Positions 45,029 through 55,270 of a DNA stretch of 64,000 bases are shown one piece after another. Source of the DNA: Sedimentisphaerales bacterium (lineage in GTDB: Bacteria; Planctomycetota; Phycisphaerae; Sedimentisphaerales; UBA12454); NCBI GenBank assembly GCA_016930635.1, contig JAFGGI010000062.1:12463-76462 (forward strand), in the 5' to 3' direction. Position 1 is the first letter of the stretch. The number at the start of each line of letters is the position of its first letter. The translations under genes were made by a program, and so were the position numbers. The notes below the pieces were generated by a model, which saw nothing but the letters and a program-made list of their open reading frames with translations, had not been told where the DNA came from and ran no database searches.

Positions 45029-46406
45029 TTTTTCTGCGTTTTAGAAGATATACAAATCTTTCCTTTATGCCGGCAGTGAGGATTTTAAATTTGATAAGGC
45101 ATTTAAGCCTTCTGAAAGACAGGTCATTGTTGCATCTTTGTGCTGTTGTAATAGCTAAAAGCGCCTTGTTGTAGTTTTTCATTACCAGATAAGCCTTGAC
45201 TGCTTCGGTGACGAAAAGGCTATTTGTCGGGGCAAGTTCAATAACGTAATCGAGAAACTGCTCAGCGTCTTCGAATTCGTTTCTCAGTATCAATGCTTTT
45301 GCCAGGTACAGGAAATTAATGCTGTTTGCAGGTTCAAGCTCTGAAACTTTCAGGAAGCAATGTATGGCATAATCAACTCTGCCCATTTGCATCATCATTT
45401 GGCCGATGGAAACTAAGACATCACACTGCTGAATATCGAGTTCAAGTTCGGATGCTAACAGACCGAAGGCTTCGTTAATTCTGCCCTGGCTAAGTGCCAA
45501 TTGCCCGAGCCTGAATCTCGGGCCGGCCAATCGCCTGTCAAGGTGCATAGCCTTAGAATAATGTTTCACAGCTATATCAGGACGATTGCAGTTCAGTTCT
45601 ACTTCGCCCAGATAAAACAATGCAGCAGCGTGACTTGGGTTTGTCTCCAGTATTCGGCCGAATTTTTCTGCTGCTGAGCCGATATTTCCGTTGTGAAGGA
45701 GGAAAAGGCCGAAATCAAAGATAACATCCGTATCGCCCGGGTTATTCTTTAACTCCTCGATAAAATGGTTCCAGGCCAGTTCGGTGTTGCCCATGTTCCA
45801 GTATCCCTGGGCAATGCGGTAATTTATCTGAGGATGGCTCGGTTCGAGCGATGCGGTTTTTTCCCAGCACCAGATTGCCTTGCGGAAGTTTCCACGGATG
45901 AAAAATGAATTACCGATATTATAAAAGCATAACGGACATTCTTCATTTATCTGCTGAGCCATATAGAACATCTGCTCTGCTTTGTCGTGCTGTCCCATTT
46001 CAGTGTAAGTGATTATCCTGTTGCAGTAGCACGGCTCAAAATCAGGTTTCAGTTTTTCTATATGTTCGAACGTACTTAATGAAAGGTCGTATTGTCCTGT
46101 ACGGGTATAATCAACAGCAAGGCAGTTTAGTGTTTCTGCATCGCTCGGATTCAGATCGAGTGCTACCCTGAATTCTTCGATGGCTTCGCCGAACCTATCC
46201 ATAGCATCGAGAGTAAGAGCCTTGTTGAAATGCCAGCGGTCGTTGGCGGGATTAATATCCAGCGCCTGATTCATCGCGACAAGGGCTTTGTCCATTTGGC
46301 CGTTTTCATAAAACTCGAATGCCTTGGCAGCGTTTTTTTCAGCCTGGCTCCATGGACTAAAGCTCATATCGTCTTCAAAATCATCAAATCCATTGTCAAA
46401 ATGCAT
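45012..46406 (-). CDS. tetratricopeptide (TPR) repeat protein
   Basis: 464 aa with many 34-aa TPR-like units (A..Y..A...P....A...LG). Confidence 0.75.
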   Translation of the reverse strand: MHFDNGFDDFEDDMSFSPWSQAEKNAAKAFEFYENGQMDKALVAMNQALDINPANDRWHFNKALTLDAMDRFGEAIEEFRVALDLNPSDAETLNCLAVDYTRTGQYDLSLSTFEHIEKLKPDFEPCYCNRIITYTEMGQHDKAEQMFYMAQQINEECPLCFYNIGNSFFIRGNFRKAIWCWEKTASLEPSHPQINYRIAQGYWNMGNTELAWNHFIEELKNNPGDTDVIFDFGLFLLHNGNIGSAAEKFGRILETNPSHAAALFYLGEVELNCNRPDIAVKHYSKAMHLDRRLAGPRFRLGQLALSQGRINEAFGLLASELELDIQQCDVLVSIGQMMMQMGRVDYAIHCFLKVSELEPANSINFLYLAKALILRNEFEDAEQFLDYVIELAPTNSLFVTEAVKAYLVMKNYNKALLAITTAQRCNNDLSFRRLKCLIKFKILTAGIKERFVYLLKRRKTIHRF

Positions 46407-46681
46407 AGCTTCTCCGTAAATTAATCAAATACTCAGTTTTCGAATCGGCATAAAAAAGGCCTGTGTTTGGCAGGAAAACGCCCCTGGCAGAAAAAATCGC
46501 CGTCATAGAATTGCCGCGAGAGTCTTTTTTGTAACCCATTATAAAAAAAGAAGTTACGCAATATTTTGTCTACGGAGCACTTGAGGTATTTGTCGGATAA
46601 AATCGTTTTGCTGGAAAAAAAGGGCGTTTGGTCTTATAATGCTGACGAATTCATAAGAAAAGATTAAGGAGTAAAAAAATT

Positions 46682-47146
46682 ATGATTAAGCATATAAAAG
46701 GTAATTTAAATGCTGACAAGGCGAAGTTTGCGATAGTTGTAAGCAGATTTAATGACTTTATTACATCCAAGCTTCTCGAAGGTGCTATTGATGCACTTCA
46801 GAGACACGGGGCAGGCGAAGAGCAGATAACAGTTGTATGGGTTCCCGGCTCGATAGAGATAACACCTGCTGCAAAGAAACTCGCATCGTGCGGGAAATAT
46901 AATGCGGTGATCTGTTTGGGTACCGTCATTCGCGGCCAGACCGGTCATTATGAAAATGTCTGTCAGCAGGTAAGCAGGGGAATAGGTCAGATTAATTACG
47001 ACACCGGTGTGCCGACTATCTTCGGTATTCTCACTTGTGATACGATCGAACAGGCAATTGAAAGGGCAGGGACAAAGGCCGGCAACGCCGGGGCATCCGC
47101 TGCCGTCAGTGCCATGGAAATGGTCGATGTGCTCGGCCAGATATAA
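46682..47146 (+). CDS. ribH: 6,7-dimethyl-8-ribityllumazine synthase
   Basis: 154 aa with [22 protein letters not shown] and [12 protein letters not shown]. Confidence 0.95.
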   Translation: MIKHIKGNLNADKAKFAIVVSRFNDFITSKLLEGAIDALQRHGAGEEQITVVWVPGSIEITPAAKKLASCGKYNAVICLGTVIRGQTGHYENVCQQVSRGIGQINYDTGVPTIFGILTCDTIEQAIERAGTKAGNAGASAAVSAMEMVDVLGQI

Positions 47147-47179
47147 TCAGGATAAACAGCTTTTTTACAAATCGGTTTT

Positions 47180-47605
47180 ATGGACAAAAGAAGCAGAGCG
47201 AGAGAACTTGTGATGCAGGCAGCCTGCCAGCTTGATGTACAGGGCGAAAGTGCACTTGAGATGCTCAGCGGATTTTTTGCCGAGAACAGCGACGACAAGA
47301 ATGTCAGAGAACTTGCTGAAAAATGGTCGAAAGGCCTGTGGGAAACCAGGGCTGAGTGTGACGACCTTATCGTGGCGGCGGCGGCAAAATGGGAACTTGC
47401 GAGATTGAACCAGGTTGACAGGAGCATACTTCGACTCGGGACATATCAGTTGAAGTATTGCAGCGATATACCTGCAAAGGTGATAATAAACGAAGCTATC
47501 GAACTGGCCAAAAAGTTCAGCGGCGAATCATCACCGGGATTCGTCAATGGTGTGCTCGATGCAATTTATAGAAAACTAAAGACAGAGGCAGCCGATGATG
47601 CGTAA
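47180..47605 (+). CDS. nusB: transcription antitermination factor NusB
   Basis: 141 aa. It shows ribH-nusB synteny and contains INEAIELAKKF...GFVNGVLD. Confidence 0.9.
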   Translation: MDKRSRARELVMQAACQLDVQGESALEMLSGFFAENSDDKNVRELAEKWSKGLWETRAECDDLIVAAAAKWELARLNQVDRSILRLGTYQLKYCSDIPAKVIINEAIELAKKFSGESSPGFVNGVLDAIYRKLKTEAADDA

Positions 47606-48491
47606 AATAGCGATGCTAAACCAGAAAGGCGGCGTAGGAAAGACAACCTCAGTTGTCAATATTGCTGCAGCCCTTGCCAAAAACGGCGCAAAAGTTGTCG
47701 TTGCGGACTTCGACCCGCAGGCACATCTCACAATACACCTTGGCGTAGAACCCGGCTCGATCGAAGCAGGAACATATAAAGTTCTGACAGGCGCAGCCGG
47801 TTTTGATGATGCGCTCGTAAAGGCAAGAGAAAATCTTTATCTGCTCGGAGCCAATATCCATCTGGTCGGCGCCGAAAGTGAATTGATCAGTATTGTCGGC
47901 AGGGAAACGATATTCCGCGAAGCAGTTGCCTCGTCAAAACGGGATTTTGATTATCTGCTGATAGACTGTCCCCCTTCACTTGGCCTTTTGACATTAAATT
48001 CTCTTGCTGCCGCTGCGGAAGTTATCATTCCGCTTCAGCCTCACTTTCTGGCACTGCAGGGCCTTGGCAAACTCCTTCAAACCGTATCGCTGGTCAGCAA
48101 AAGAATTAATCCCGCACTTACGGTAAGCGGCATACTGATGTGTATGTTCGACAGCAGGACATCTCTTTCCGAGGAGGTCACAAACGATATTAATAAATTT
48201 CTCGACTCTGCCCGCCAGACCGATTGTCCCTGGAACAAGGCCGAGATAGTTCCGGTTTTCGTTCGCAGGAATATCAAACTCGCAGAAGCGCCAAGCTATG
48301 GAAAGACAATATTCGAGTATGAACCTTCCTGCCACGGTGCCGAAGATTACAATCTTATAGCCTGGTACCTGCAGAATAAGAGTAATGTTAAGACCAGCAC
48401 CCCGGTCCAGCCTGCCCAGAGCACAGATATTGTTGAAATTCAGCCGGCCCAGCCAACTGAAAATCCTGAAATCCATACCACCCCGTCATAA
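47595..48491 (+). CDS. ParA/Soj-family ATPase with proline/glutamine-rich C-terminal tail; no parB nearby
   Basis: 298 aa with KIAMLNQKGGVGKTT (deviant Walker A), IDCPPSLG and the tail PVQPAQSTDIVEIQPAQPTENPEI. Confidence 0.8.
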   Translation: MMRKIAMLNQKGGVGKTTSVVNIAAALAKNGAKVVVADFDPQAHLTIHLGVEPGSIEAGTYKVLTGAAGFDDALVKARENLYLLGANIHLVGAESELISIVGRETIFREAVASSKRDFDYLLIDCPPSLGLLTLNSLAAAAEVIIPLQPHFLALQGLGKLLQTVSLVSKRINPALTVSGILMCMFDSRTSLSEEVTNDINKFLDSARQTDCPWNKAEIVPVFVRRNIKLAEAPSYGKTIFEYEPSCHGAEDYNLIAWYLQNKSNVKTSTPVQPAQSTDIVEIQPAQPTENPEIHTTPS

Positions 48492-48493
48492 TT

Positions 48494-49222
48494 ATGAAGA
48501 TATCAAGATTTTTCTGCAGTACGATTGATTCTGGCAGCGTTATTATTTCTGATATTCAGCTTAGACACCTTACCAAAGTGCTCAGACTAAAAAAAGGCGA
48601 TACCATTGAGTTATTCGACGGCAAAGGAACCATCGCACATGGTGTTATAGAAAATATCACAAAAGACAGCGCACATATAAATGTCCAATCCGTAGAAAGA
48701 TTAGAAAAGAAAACCGGTCCGACGATTACCATTGCCTCAAGTATTGCCAAGGCTCAGAGATTTGAAGAAATTGTCGCACGATGTACGGAACTTGGTATTG
48801 ACAGGATATGCCCTGTTATTTTTGAGCGGACGGTAAAACAAGCCGAAGGAGAAAAGACTTTACAAAGATTTGAGTCAATCGCTATAGAGTCTTGTAAACA
48901 GTGCGGCAGGACCTTTGTGCCTGTTATAGACAAACCGGGGAAATTTAAAACAGTACTCGATAATTTAAGAAGCCGGTCTTCAGCGAAAATTATTTTTGGT
49001 TCACTTGAAAAAAATGCTGAATCTATTATAAATATAGATATTGGCTCTGATGATATTTGTGTATTCATTGGTCCTGAAGGCGGCCTGAGTCAGACTGAAG
49101 TTGGTGAGCTTGAAAAAATACAGGCTAAATCTTTCCGGATTACCGATACAATATTAAGAATTGAAACCGCAGCAATTGCCTTTGCCGCGATACTGACAGC
49201 TAAAAGGGATTTGATCCAATAA
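48494..49222 (+). CDS. rsmE: 16S rRNA (uracil1498-N3)-methyltransferase RsmE
   Basis: 242 aa with HLTKVLRLKKGD, FIGPEGGLS and ILRIETAA. Confidence 0.85.
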   Translation: MKISRFFCSTIDSGSVIISDIQLRHLTKVLRLKKGDTIELFDGKGTIAHGVIENITKDSAHINVQSVERLEKKTGPTITIASSIAKAQRFEEIVARCTELGIDRICPVIFERTVKQAEGEKTLQRFESIAIESCKQCGRTFVPVIDKPGKFKTVLDNLRSRSSAKIIFGSLEKNAESIINIDIGSDDICVFIGPEGGLSQTEVGELEKIQAKSFRITDTILRIETAAIAFAAILTAKRDLIQ

Positions 49223-49232
49223 CGTAACAGGG

Positions 49233-50852
49233 ATGGAAAATACTGACAAAACAAATATGATTTTGATTTTAGCCGTCATGCTTCTGACGGTTGTCTCAGC
49301 ATTTTGGACCCTTTCGGCAAGTCCACTGAACAATCACGAGTGTTACGTCTCGATAGCCGCCAGGGAAATGCTCCAGACGGGCGATTGGGTAATGCCCAGG
49401 TACAACGGCGAGATACGCCTCGAAAAAACCCCGTTATGCTATTGGCTCGTTGTTTTTACCGCAAAGCTGACTGGCAGTGTAAATGAATTTTCCTCTCGTC
49501 TGCCCAGTGCCCTGATTGCTATTCTCTCTGCAGCAGCGGTTTTATATTTTACCCGAAAGCATCTCGGCTTTGGTATCGCTGTAATGTCAACCGCTGTCTG
49601 GGTCTCGACATTATCGTTTGCCAGATACTCTCACTCAGCCAGACCGGAAATGGCTCTCTGCACCTTTGTAGCAATATCTATGCTGAGCTTTTATTCTGCG
49701 ATGCAGGAAGAGTTAAGAAAAAGACAGATATGGTATATGCTGATCTTCTGGTTAAGTTTCTCTCTTGGAATGCTCGCCAAAGGCCCTGCGCCGCTGATTT
49801 TAGTCATTCCGCCGATAGCTCTTTACTTTATTATCTTTAAGCAGTGGAAAAAATTAAAGTTCACCCTTCCTGTAATCGGCCCAATACTGTTTTTATTAAT
49901 AGTTCTGCCCTGGCCGATAATGATAACACACAGGGCCCCTGAAGGTTTGATGTTCTGGAAGCGTGAATTCATCGACCGCTTCACAGGCGACTATGCTTCC
50001 GGCGGAAAACACTTCTTGTATTATCTTCCGACAATATTTCTTCTTGCCGCCCCGTTTTCTGTACTTGTTATAAATGCCTTTTCTGCTCCTTTTTTTTCGG
50101 TCTGGGATAAAAAAAGACCTGTAATGTGGTATCTTTGGCTCTGGTTCGTCGTCCAGATCCTCGTAATGACAATCTCCGGCGGAAAAAGGCAGCACTACAT
50201 CCTCCCGGCCATGCCTGCCTTTAGCATCCTTGCCGGCATTTGTCTTTACGATATGATATTCGAGCAAAAAGCCTTCACACCCAAGCAGGTAAAAAGATTC
50301 TTCATCGGTCATACGATAGCTGTGATAGCCGGTGCGATAGCTTTTCTGTACTGGACCTTTACAAAGAGACAATCCCACGCCTGCCAGAGCGTTCATATAA
50401 TAATGATGGTAAGTCTTGTTCTCGGTATCGTGATATTTCTATTCCGTCAGCAGCAAAAAGCTATGGCAACAGCACTTTTCTTTGCCGGCTACTGTGCGAT
50501 AATTATGACACTCTTCGTTTACTTTATAAATCCGTTCAGTTACAATAATCCTTCCAGAACCTTTTCAACCGAAGTCGGCCAAATGGTTCCCTCCGGCGAT
50601 AAGCTGATAGCCTTTAATTATCTTTCCGCCCGTACGGTCCATTACGCCGGCAGAACGATTCCGGAAATACACGATTTTGACCAGGCCCGCCTTGAATATG
50701 AACAGGGAGCCTGGGTCATTGCCACCGGCCAGGACTACCAGGACATGCTCGAAGCAGGCGGCTTTGAAATCGTCCTCTACAAGCCCCTCGCCGAGCGCCG
50801 CGGCTCAAGACCCGTCGAAGGAGGCCTCTTCCACAAATCCATTACACACTAA
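49233..50852 (+). CDS. ArnT/PMT-like (GT39/GT83) membrane glycosyltransferase
   Basis: 539 aa with more than 10 TM segments. It has the N-terminal E.RY....REM-like loop and EKTPLCYWL. Confidence 0.7.
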   Translation: MENTDKTNMILILAVMLLTVVSAFWTLSASPLNNHECYVSIAAREMLQTGDWVMPRYNGEIRLEKTPLCYWLVVFTAKLTGSVNEFSSRLPSALIAILSAAAVLYFTRKHLGFGIAVMSTAVWVSTLSFARYSHSARPEMALCTFVAISMLSFYSAMQEELRKRQIWYMLIFWLSFSLGMLAKGPAPLILVIPPIALYFIIFKQWKKLKFTLPVIGPILFLLIVLPWPIMITHRAPEGLMFWKREFIDRFTGDYASGGKHFLYYLPTIFLLAAPFSVLVINAFSAPFFSVWDKKRPVMWYLWLWFVVQILVMTISGGKRQHYILPAMPAFSILAGICLYDMIFEQKAFTPKQVKRFFIGHTIAVIAGAIAFLYWTFTKRQSHACQSVHIIMMVSLVLGIVIFLFRQQQKAMATALFFAGYCAIIMTLFVYFINPFSYNNPSRTFSTEVGQMVPSGDKLIAFNYLSARTVHYAGRTIPEIHDFDQARLEYEQGAWVIATGQDYQDMLEAGGFEIVLYKPLAERRGSRPVEGGLFHKSITH

Positions 50853-50865
50853 ATTTCTGCTTGCC

Positions 50866-50975
50866 CAGTATCAAATAGGCTACTGCCGTAATTTGGTGCG
50901 GGGTCATTCTGAACGAAGTGAAGAATCTCATCCCCTATCCCCTATCCCCTACCTCCTATACCCTAATTTCCCCTT
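50866..50975. repeat. repeat mosaic: ccccgcaccaaattacggcag module (-), GTCATTCTGAACGAAGTGAAGAATCTC module (+), (atcccct)x3, cctcctataccc
   Basis: The same modules recur, rearranged, at 57674-57865. Confidence 0.8.
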
Positions 50976-50991
50976 TTTTTTCACTTTTTCC

Positions 50992-51019
50992 TTGATTTTT
51001 GTTAAAAATATGGTATAAT
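50992..51019 (+). promoter_or_regulatory. strong sigma70-like promoter with extended -10
   Basis: TTGATT (50992-50997), 16 nt ending in TGG, TATAAT (51014-51019). Confidence 0.5.
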
Positions 51020-51119
51020 ACGCAAAAAAGTTAAGTAAATACCGAACTTTAGAGCACTTATATTTAGATTTTCGGATTTGTTTAGGATTTCGATATTCGG
51101 ATTTAGGATTTATCTCTTT

Positions 51120-51725
51120 ATGAAGATTCCAATTTACATCTATCTCCCTGTCTTTATTCTGCACCTCTTCTGCGCGCCGATATTATTCTATCGAAAATTC
51201 CGCTTCGGCCATCCCTTTATGCGTATAAAGCTAACCCCCACCGGCCATATCACCTCAAAGCGCTGCGAAGATAGATACACCATCGTTGACTTTGACGATT
51301 TTTGTCATCTTATCCGTTACAAATGGCACCTCTACGAAAAGCACACCACCGCATACGCTGAGCGTCCCAAATATATCAACGGCTATCTCTGCCGTATCCG
51401 TATGCACCGTGTCATTATGCGCGCCCAAAAGGGCGTTATTATCGATCACATAGACCGCGATGGCCTTAACAATTGCAGATACAATTTGCGCCCTGCAACC
51501 GACCGCCAGAACAGGCACAACAACCGCCGCGGCTTCAACTCTCCTACATCTAAATACAAAGGCGTCTTTTTCGACAAGGCTCGCAGCCGCTATCGCGCGG
51601 TTTTATCTATTGACGGCAAAAAAAAGCACCTCGGCTACTTCGACGACGATGCAGATGCCGCCCGTGCTTATGATATTGCCGCAAAAGAACACCGCGGCCA
51701 ATTCGCCGCTTTAAATTTTGAATAA
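51120..51725 (+). CDS. HNH endonuclease-AP2 domain protein (paralog of 25727-26380)
   Basis: The track ORF starts at TTG 51078 inside a repeat. I prefer ATG at 51120 (MKIPIYIYLP). Motifs are IDHIDRDGLNNCRYNLRPATDRQNRHN and SKYKGVFFDKARSRYRAVLSIDGKKKHLGYFDDDADAARAYDIAAKEHRGQFAALNFE. Confidence 0.8.
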   Translation: MKIPIYIYLPVFILHLFCAPILFYRKFRFGHPFMRIKLTPTGHITSKRCEDRYTIVDFDDFCHLIRYKWHLYEKHTTAYAERPKYINGYLCRIRMHRVIMRAQKGVIIDHIDRDGLNNCRYNLRPATDRQNRHNNRRGFNSPTSKYKGVFFDKARSRYRAVLSIDGKKKHLGYFDDDADAARAYDIAAKEHRGQFAALNFE

Positions 51726-51726
51726 T

Positions 51727-51905
51727 GTCATTGCGAGGCCCCTTCTTGCTTTCGCAAGAAAGCAGGGGCCGCGGCAATCTCATCGTTTCATTCTGAACAA
51801 CTTGTCCGCCACAGTTTTAACGACGGCGGAACGTGAAGAATCTCGTTTAGCCCCGCCATCACTATGGCGGGGTTCGTGCCATTCACACTTTCCCACCTTC
51901 ACACC
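51727..51905. repeat. repeat mosaic between the HNH-AP2 gene and the RM gene
   Basis: GTCATTGCGAGG..GCAATCTCA lies at 51727-51782. A TTCATTCTGAAC..GTGAAGAATCTC module with an inserted ccgcc/ggcgg hairpin lies at 51787-51845. TTAGCC-hairpin-GGTTCG lies at 51847-51872. Confidence 0.8.
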
Positions 51906-51922
51906 TTTCGGGGTTTTTCCAC

Positions 51923-51952
51923 TTGCTAAACCGCTTTTCATAACGGTATAAT
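51923..51952 (+). promoter_or_regulatory. sigma70-like promoter for the RM gene
   Basis: TTGCTA (51923-51928), 18 nt, TATAAT (51947-51952). AAGGAG lies before the ATG at 51981. Confidence 0.45.
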
Positions 51953-51980
51953 CATCAAAAACACCTAAATAAGGAGTTTT

Positions 51981-54900
51981 ATGTCAGAGGATGTACTTGA
52001 TAATAATCTTCAAAAGATAAACAAATTAGTCGATGGATTCCGAGTCAATTTTCGCAATTTGCGCGATGAACAAATCTCTGAAGCTGTTATAAGACAGGAA
52101 TACATCGATCCATTCTGGATATTATTAGGATGGGACGTTACAAACAGTGCCCATCGTTCCTCCGCTGAAAAAGACGTTGTCATTGAGGCAACTGTTGGAA
52201 CAATAGAGAATGAAAAAGCCCGTTCACGTCGTCCAGATTATATTTTCAGAATTGATGGTTTCCCGAGATTTGTTGTTGAAGCTAAAAAGCCGGCAATTGA
52301 CCTGAAAAAAAACAAGGACGCTATTTTCCAAGCAAAAACCTATGCCTGGAGTGCCCAGATACCATTTGTAATATTAACGAATTTCGAACAATTTCGATTA
52401 TTTGACGCTACAATCAAACCATATCATTCAGAGCCTGAACGAGGTATTATTGATGAATTCGACCTTGGATTTGAAGATTACATAAATCAATGGAGCATAC
52501 TGCAGAAAGTATTCGGCAGAGAATCCGTAGCCAAAGGTTCTCTTGAACAACTTCTCGCTAAAATTAAACATGTTCGCAAAGGCAGACGGATACGTGGGAT
52601 TGACAGGCTTTTAATTGATCTGCGTGGAAGTGAACCGGTTGATCGTGCTTTTCTTAAACACCTCGAAGACTTCAGGCTAAGATTTGCCCGCGCCTTATTC
52701 GATGAAAACCGAGCTGATTTTCCTGACCCTCATACACATCATGGAGCTGCCCGGCTGACAGAAGCAACCCAGCGATTAATAGACCGTCTTGTATTTATTC
52801 GGGTCTGCGAAGACAGGGATATTACTACTTACGGCGAACTTCGTGAAATTGTTAACAATTCTTCGAAAAACAGACTCGATCTTTACCAGCTGCTTACGGC
52901 AAGATTTAGACGCTTTGATGAAGAATATAATGGTTATTTGTTTAAACCGCATTTTTCAGAACAACTCAAGGTGCCATCTGAATTACTTGCTGATTTTATT
53001 CGTTCGCTATATCTGCCGGAAGGAGCTTATAGATTCGATGCCATAGGAGATGACATACTTGGAATAATTTATGAGCGTTTTCTTGGAAGTGTAATAACTA
53101 TCTATAAAAACCAGGTTGATGCGCAAGAAAAGCCGGAAGTTCGCCATGCAGGCGGAGTTTACTATACTCCCAGATTCGTTGTAGATACAATTATTCGCCG
53201 TGTAATTGGGCCAAAGATCAATGAGAAAAGTCCTCTTGAAGTTCTTAATGTGAAGATTCTTGACCCTGCCTGCGGTTCCGGTTCGTTTTTAATCACAGCA
53301 TTACAGTTTCTTATAGATCATTGTATTAAATATGTCTCAAAACATCCGGAATCTGCAAAAATTCCGGTAAGCCCCCGTGCTAAAGAGAAAAAAATCGATA
53401 TAGCCTTTAAAGATGATGAGGACAACTGGCATTTAACACCAAAATTTCGCAGTCAGTTACTAGCTTCGTGTATTCATGGTGTAGATATAGATAGTCAAGC
53501 CGTTGAAGTTACCATTATGAGTTTGTATCTTAAATTACTGGAAGGAAGACGCCCACCAAATTGGCAGCGGGAATTTCTCCGTTCAAGATTACTGCCGCCT
53601 CTGGATAATAATATTTGTTGCGGCAACAGCTTATTATCGCAGACCGATTTTGATAAATATTGGGACAATAAATTCGGAAGCTTGTTTGGCGGTGATGAAG
53701 ATTTGAGATTCAGAATCAATGCCTTTGACTGGAACAGTCATACCCGCGGATTTGGGCGATTATTTGATGAGCATAAGGGATTCGATTGTATCATCGGTAA
53801 TCCTCCTTATATCCGTGTGCAGGAACTGAAAAAATGGGAACCGGAAGAATGCGAATTTTATAAAACCCAATATAAGTCCGCCGCAAAAGGAAACTATGAT
53901 ATATACGTGGTATTTATAGAAAGGGGCCTGCAGTTACTCGCATCGGATGGGTTGCTCGGATTTATTTGCCCTCATAAATTCTGGCAGGCGGTGTACGGCA
54001 AAGGAATACGCCAAATAATAGCAAAAGGAAAATATCTTGTTTCAATCATCGATTTTGCTGACCAACAGGTCTTTCGTGGAGCAACAACTTATACAGCTAT
54101 TCATGTTTTCTCTAATACTCCTAATGAAAAGATGATTAATTATGCCCGTATAGCCAGACTTGATGATGGTGACTTGCAATGTCGTGTACTTGATACAAAT
54201 AAAAAATTAATATCTGAGGAAATTGTTCAGTGGGAAGCAGCACATCCATCAGATGGAGAGGGAATGTGGCACTTTCCTAAAATAGGAACAACGACAATTT
54301 CATCTTCATCCAAAATGCATCGTTTTCCCCTATCTGAGCTTGTAAATTTTTCACAAGGTTTTAAAACAGGGGCTGACAGAGTCTTTGTTATAAATCTTCT
54401 AAAAGAGAAGAAAGGAATTGCACAGATATTTTCACAAGCTACCGGCAGGGAGTATGAAATTGAGTCAAGTATTCTGCGTCCACTAATTAAAAGTGAACAT
54501 ATGCGAAGGTTTGAAATATACCCCACAACTCTTTGTCTTATCTTTCCATATCTCATTAAAGGAGCAAAATGGAGAATACTTGAACCAGAAGAGTTAGAGA
54601 AAAAATACTCAAAGTTGTGGTCAAAGTATCTTATAACACTGGAAAAAACTTTGGACAAGCGAGAGCATGGCCGTTTTTCAGGAAAATACTTTTATCAATA
54701 TTCAAGACAACAAAACTTTATTCCACTAAGTAAACCTAAAATAATCACTCCTGATATGGCAGATCAAATGAGATTTTCTTTTGATGCTACAGGACAATAT
54801 GTGTTTTCAGGAGGGGCAGCGGGCGGTGTTTGTCTGATACCATCAACAGGACTTGACCCTTTATTTTTAATTGGGATACTTAATAGCAAACTAATTGAAC

Positions 54901-55190
54901 AATACGTTAGACTGAAAAACGGTCCCGGTTTCAGAGGAGGATATTTGAACTGTGAAATTCGCTTTCTAAGAGACATCCCAATCCAAATACCACATTCGTC
55001 TTCGCAGAAAACTATCTCGTCTCGCATTTCTGTTTGTACTGAGAAGATAATCAAGACAAAGGTCAAATTGCAGAAGAATAAGTTAAGTGACCGAGAGCGG
55101 GAACGTTTTGAGCGTGAGGTAGAGGCCAACGAATCAAGGATTGACGAATTGGTCTGTAAATTATACGGGGTTGACAAAATTTCAGATTAA
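51981..55190 (+). CDS. single-polypeptide Type IIG restriction-modification enzyme (PD-(D/E)xK nuclease, gamma-class N6-adenine methyltransferase, TaqI-C-like specificity domain)
   Basis: 1069 aa. The N-terminal nuclease region is RPDYIFRIDGFPRFVVEAKKP. Methyltransferase motifs are GVYYTPRFVV, ILDPACGSGSFL (motif I) and IIGNPPYIRV (motif IV). Confidence 0.8.
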   Translation: MSEDVLDNNLQKINKLVDGFRVNFRNLRDEQISEAVIRQEYIDPFWILLGWDVTNSAHRSSAEKDVVIEATVGTIENEKARSRRPDYIFRIDGFPRFVVEAKKPAIDLKKNKDAIFQAKTYAWSAQIPFVILTNFEQFRLFDATIKPYHSEPERGIIDEFDLGFEDYINQWSILQKVFGRESVAKGSLEQLLAKIKHVRKGRRIRGIDRLLIDLRGSEPVDRAFLKHLEDFRLRFARALFDENRADFPDPHTHHGAARLTEATQRLIDRLVFIRVCEDRDITTYGELREIVNNSSKNRLDLYQLLTARFRRFDEEYNGYLFKPHFSEQLKVPSELLADFIRSLYLPEGAYRFDAIGDDILGIIYERFLGSVITIYKNQVDAQEKPEVRHAGGVYYTPRFVVDTIIRRVIGPKINEKSPLEVLNVKILDPACGSGSFLITALQFLIDHCIKYVSKHPESAKIPVSPRAKEKKIDIAFKDDEDNWHLTPKFRSQLLASCIHGVDIDSQAVEVTIMSLYLKLLEGRRPPNWQREFLRSRLLPPLDNNICCGNSLLSQTDFDKYWDNKFGSLFGGDEDLRFRINAFDWNSHTRGFGRLFDEHKGFDCIIGNPPYIRVQELKKWEPEECEFYKTQYKSAAKGNYDIYVVFIERGLQLLASDGLLGFICPHKFWQAVYGKGIRQIIAKGKYLVSIIDFADQQVFRGATTYTAIHVFSNTPNEKMINYARIARLDDGDLQCRVLDTNKKLISEEIVQWEAAHPSDGEGMWHFPKIGTTTISSSSKMHRFPLSELVNFSQGFKTGADRVFVINLLKEKKGIAQIFSQATGREYEIESSILRPLIKSEHMRRFEIYPTTLCLIFPYLIKGAKWRILEPEELEKKYSKLWSKYLITLEKTLDKREHGRFSGKYFYQYSRQQNFIPLSKPKIITPDMADQMRFSFDATGQYVFSGGAAGGVCLIPSTGLDPLFLIGILNSKLIEQYVRLKNGPGFRGGYLNCEIRFLRDIPIQIPHSSSQKTISSRISVCTEKIIKTKVKLQKNKLSDRERERFEREVEANESRIDELVCKLYGVDKISD

Positions 55191-55204
55191 TAAAACCTCT
55201 GTGG

Positions 55205-55270
55205 CTAAAATCCGAGTAATCAGCGTAATCAGTGTTTCTGATAACCGACAACCGATAACTGATAACTGCA
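55205..55270. repeat. aatcagcgtaatcagtg / ccgataactgataac module
   Basis: Related copies occur at 20590-20612, 20888-20925 and 24205-24232. Confidence 0.7.

Noticed and set aside
46407-46681. FMN (RFN) riboswitch upstream of ribH, and a cobalamin riboswitch near the corrinoid gene (15961-16212)
   Set aside because: I could find no conserved cores: no GGGGTGAAATTCCC-like RFN segment and no GCCACTG B12 box on either strand.
51840-51880. Possible tRNA, suggested by GGTTCG-like strings next to hairpins here and at 12756 and 12838
   Set aside because: No cloverleaf can be built, and the strings lack the GGTTCGAATCC T-arm context. They are the conserved flank of the TTAGCC-hairpin-GGTTCG repeat family.
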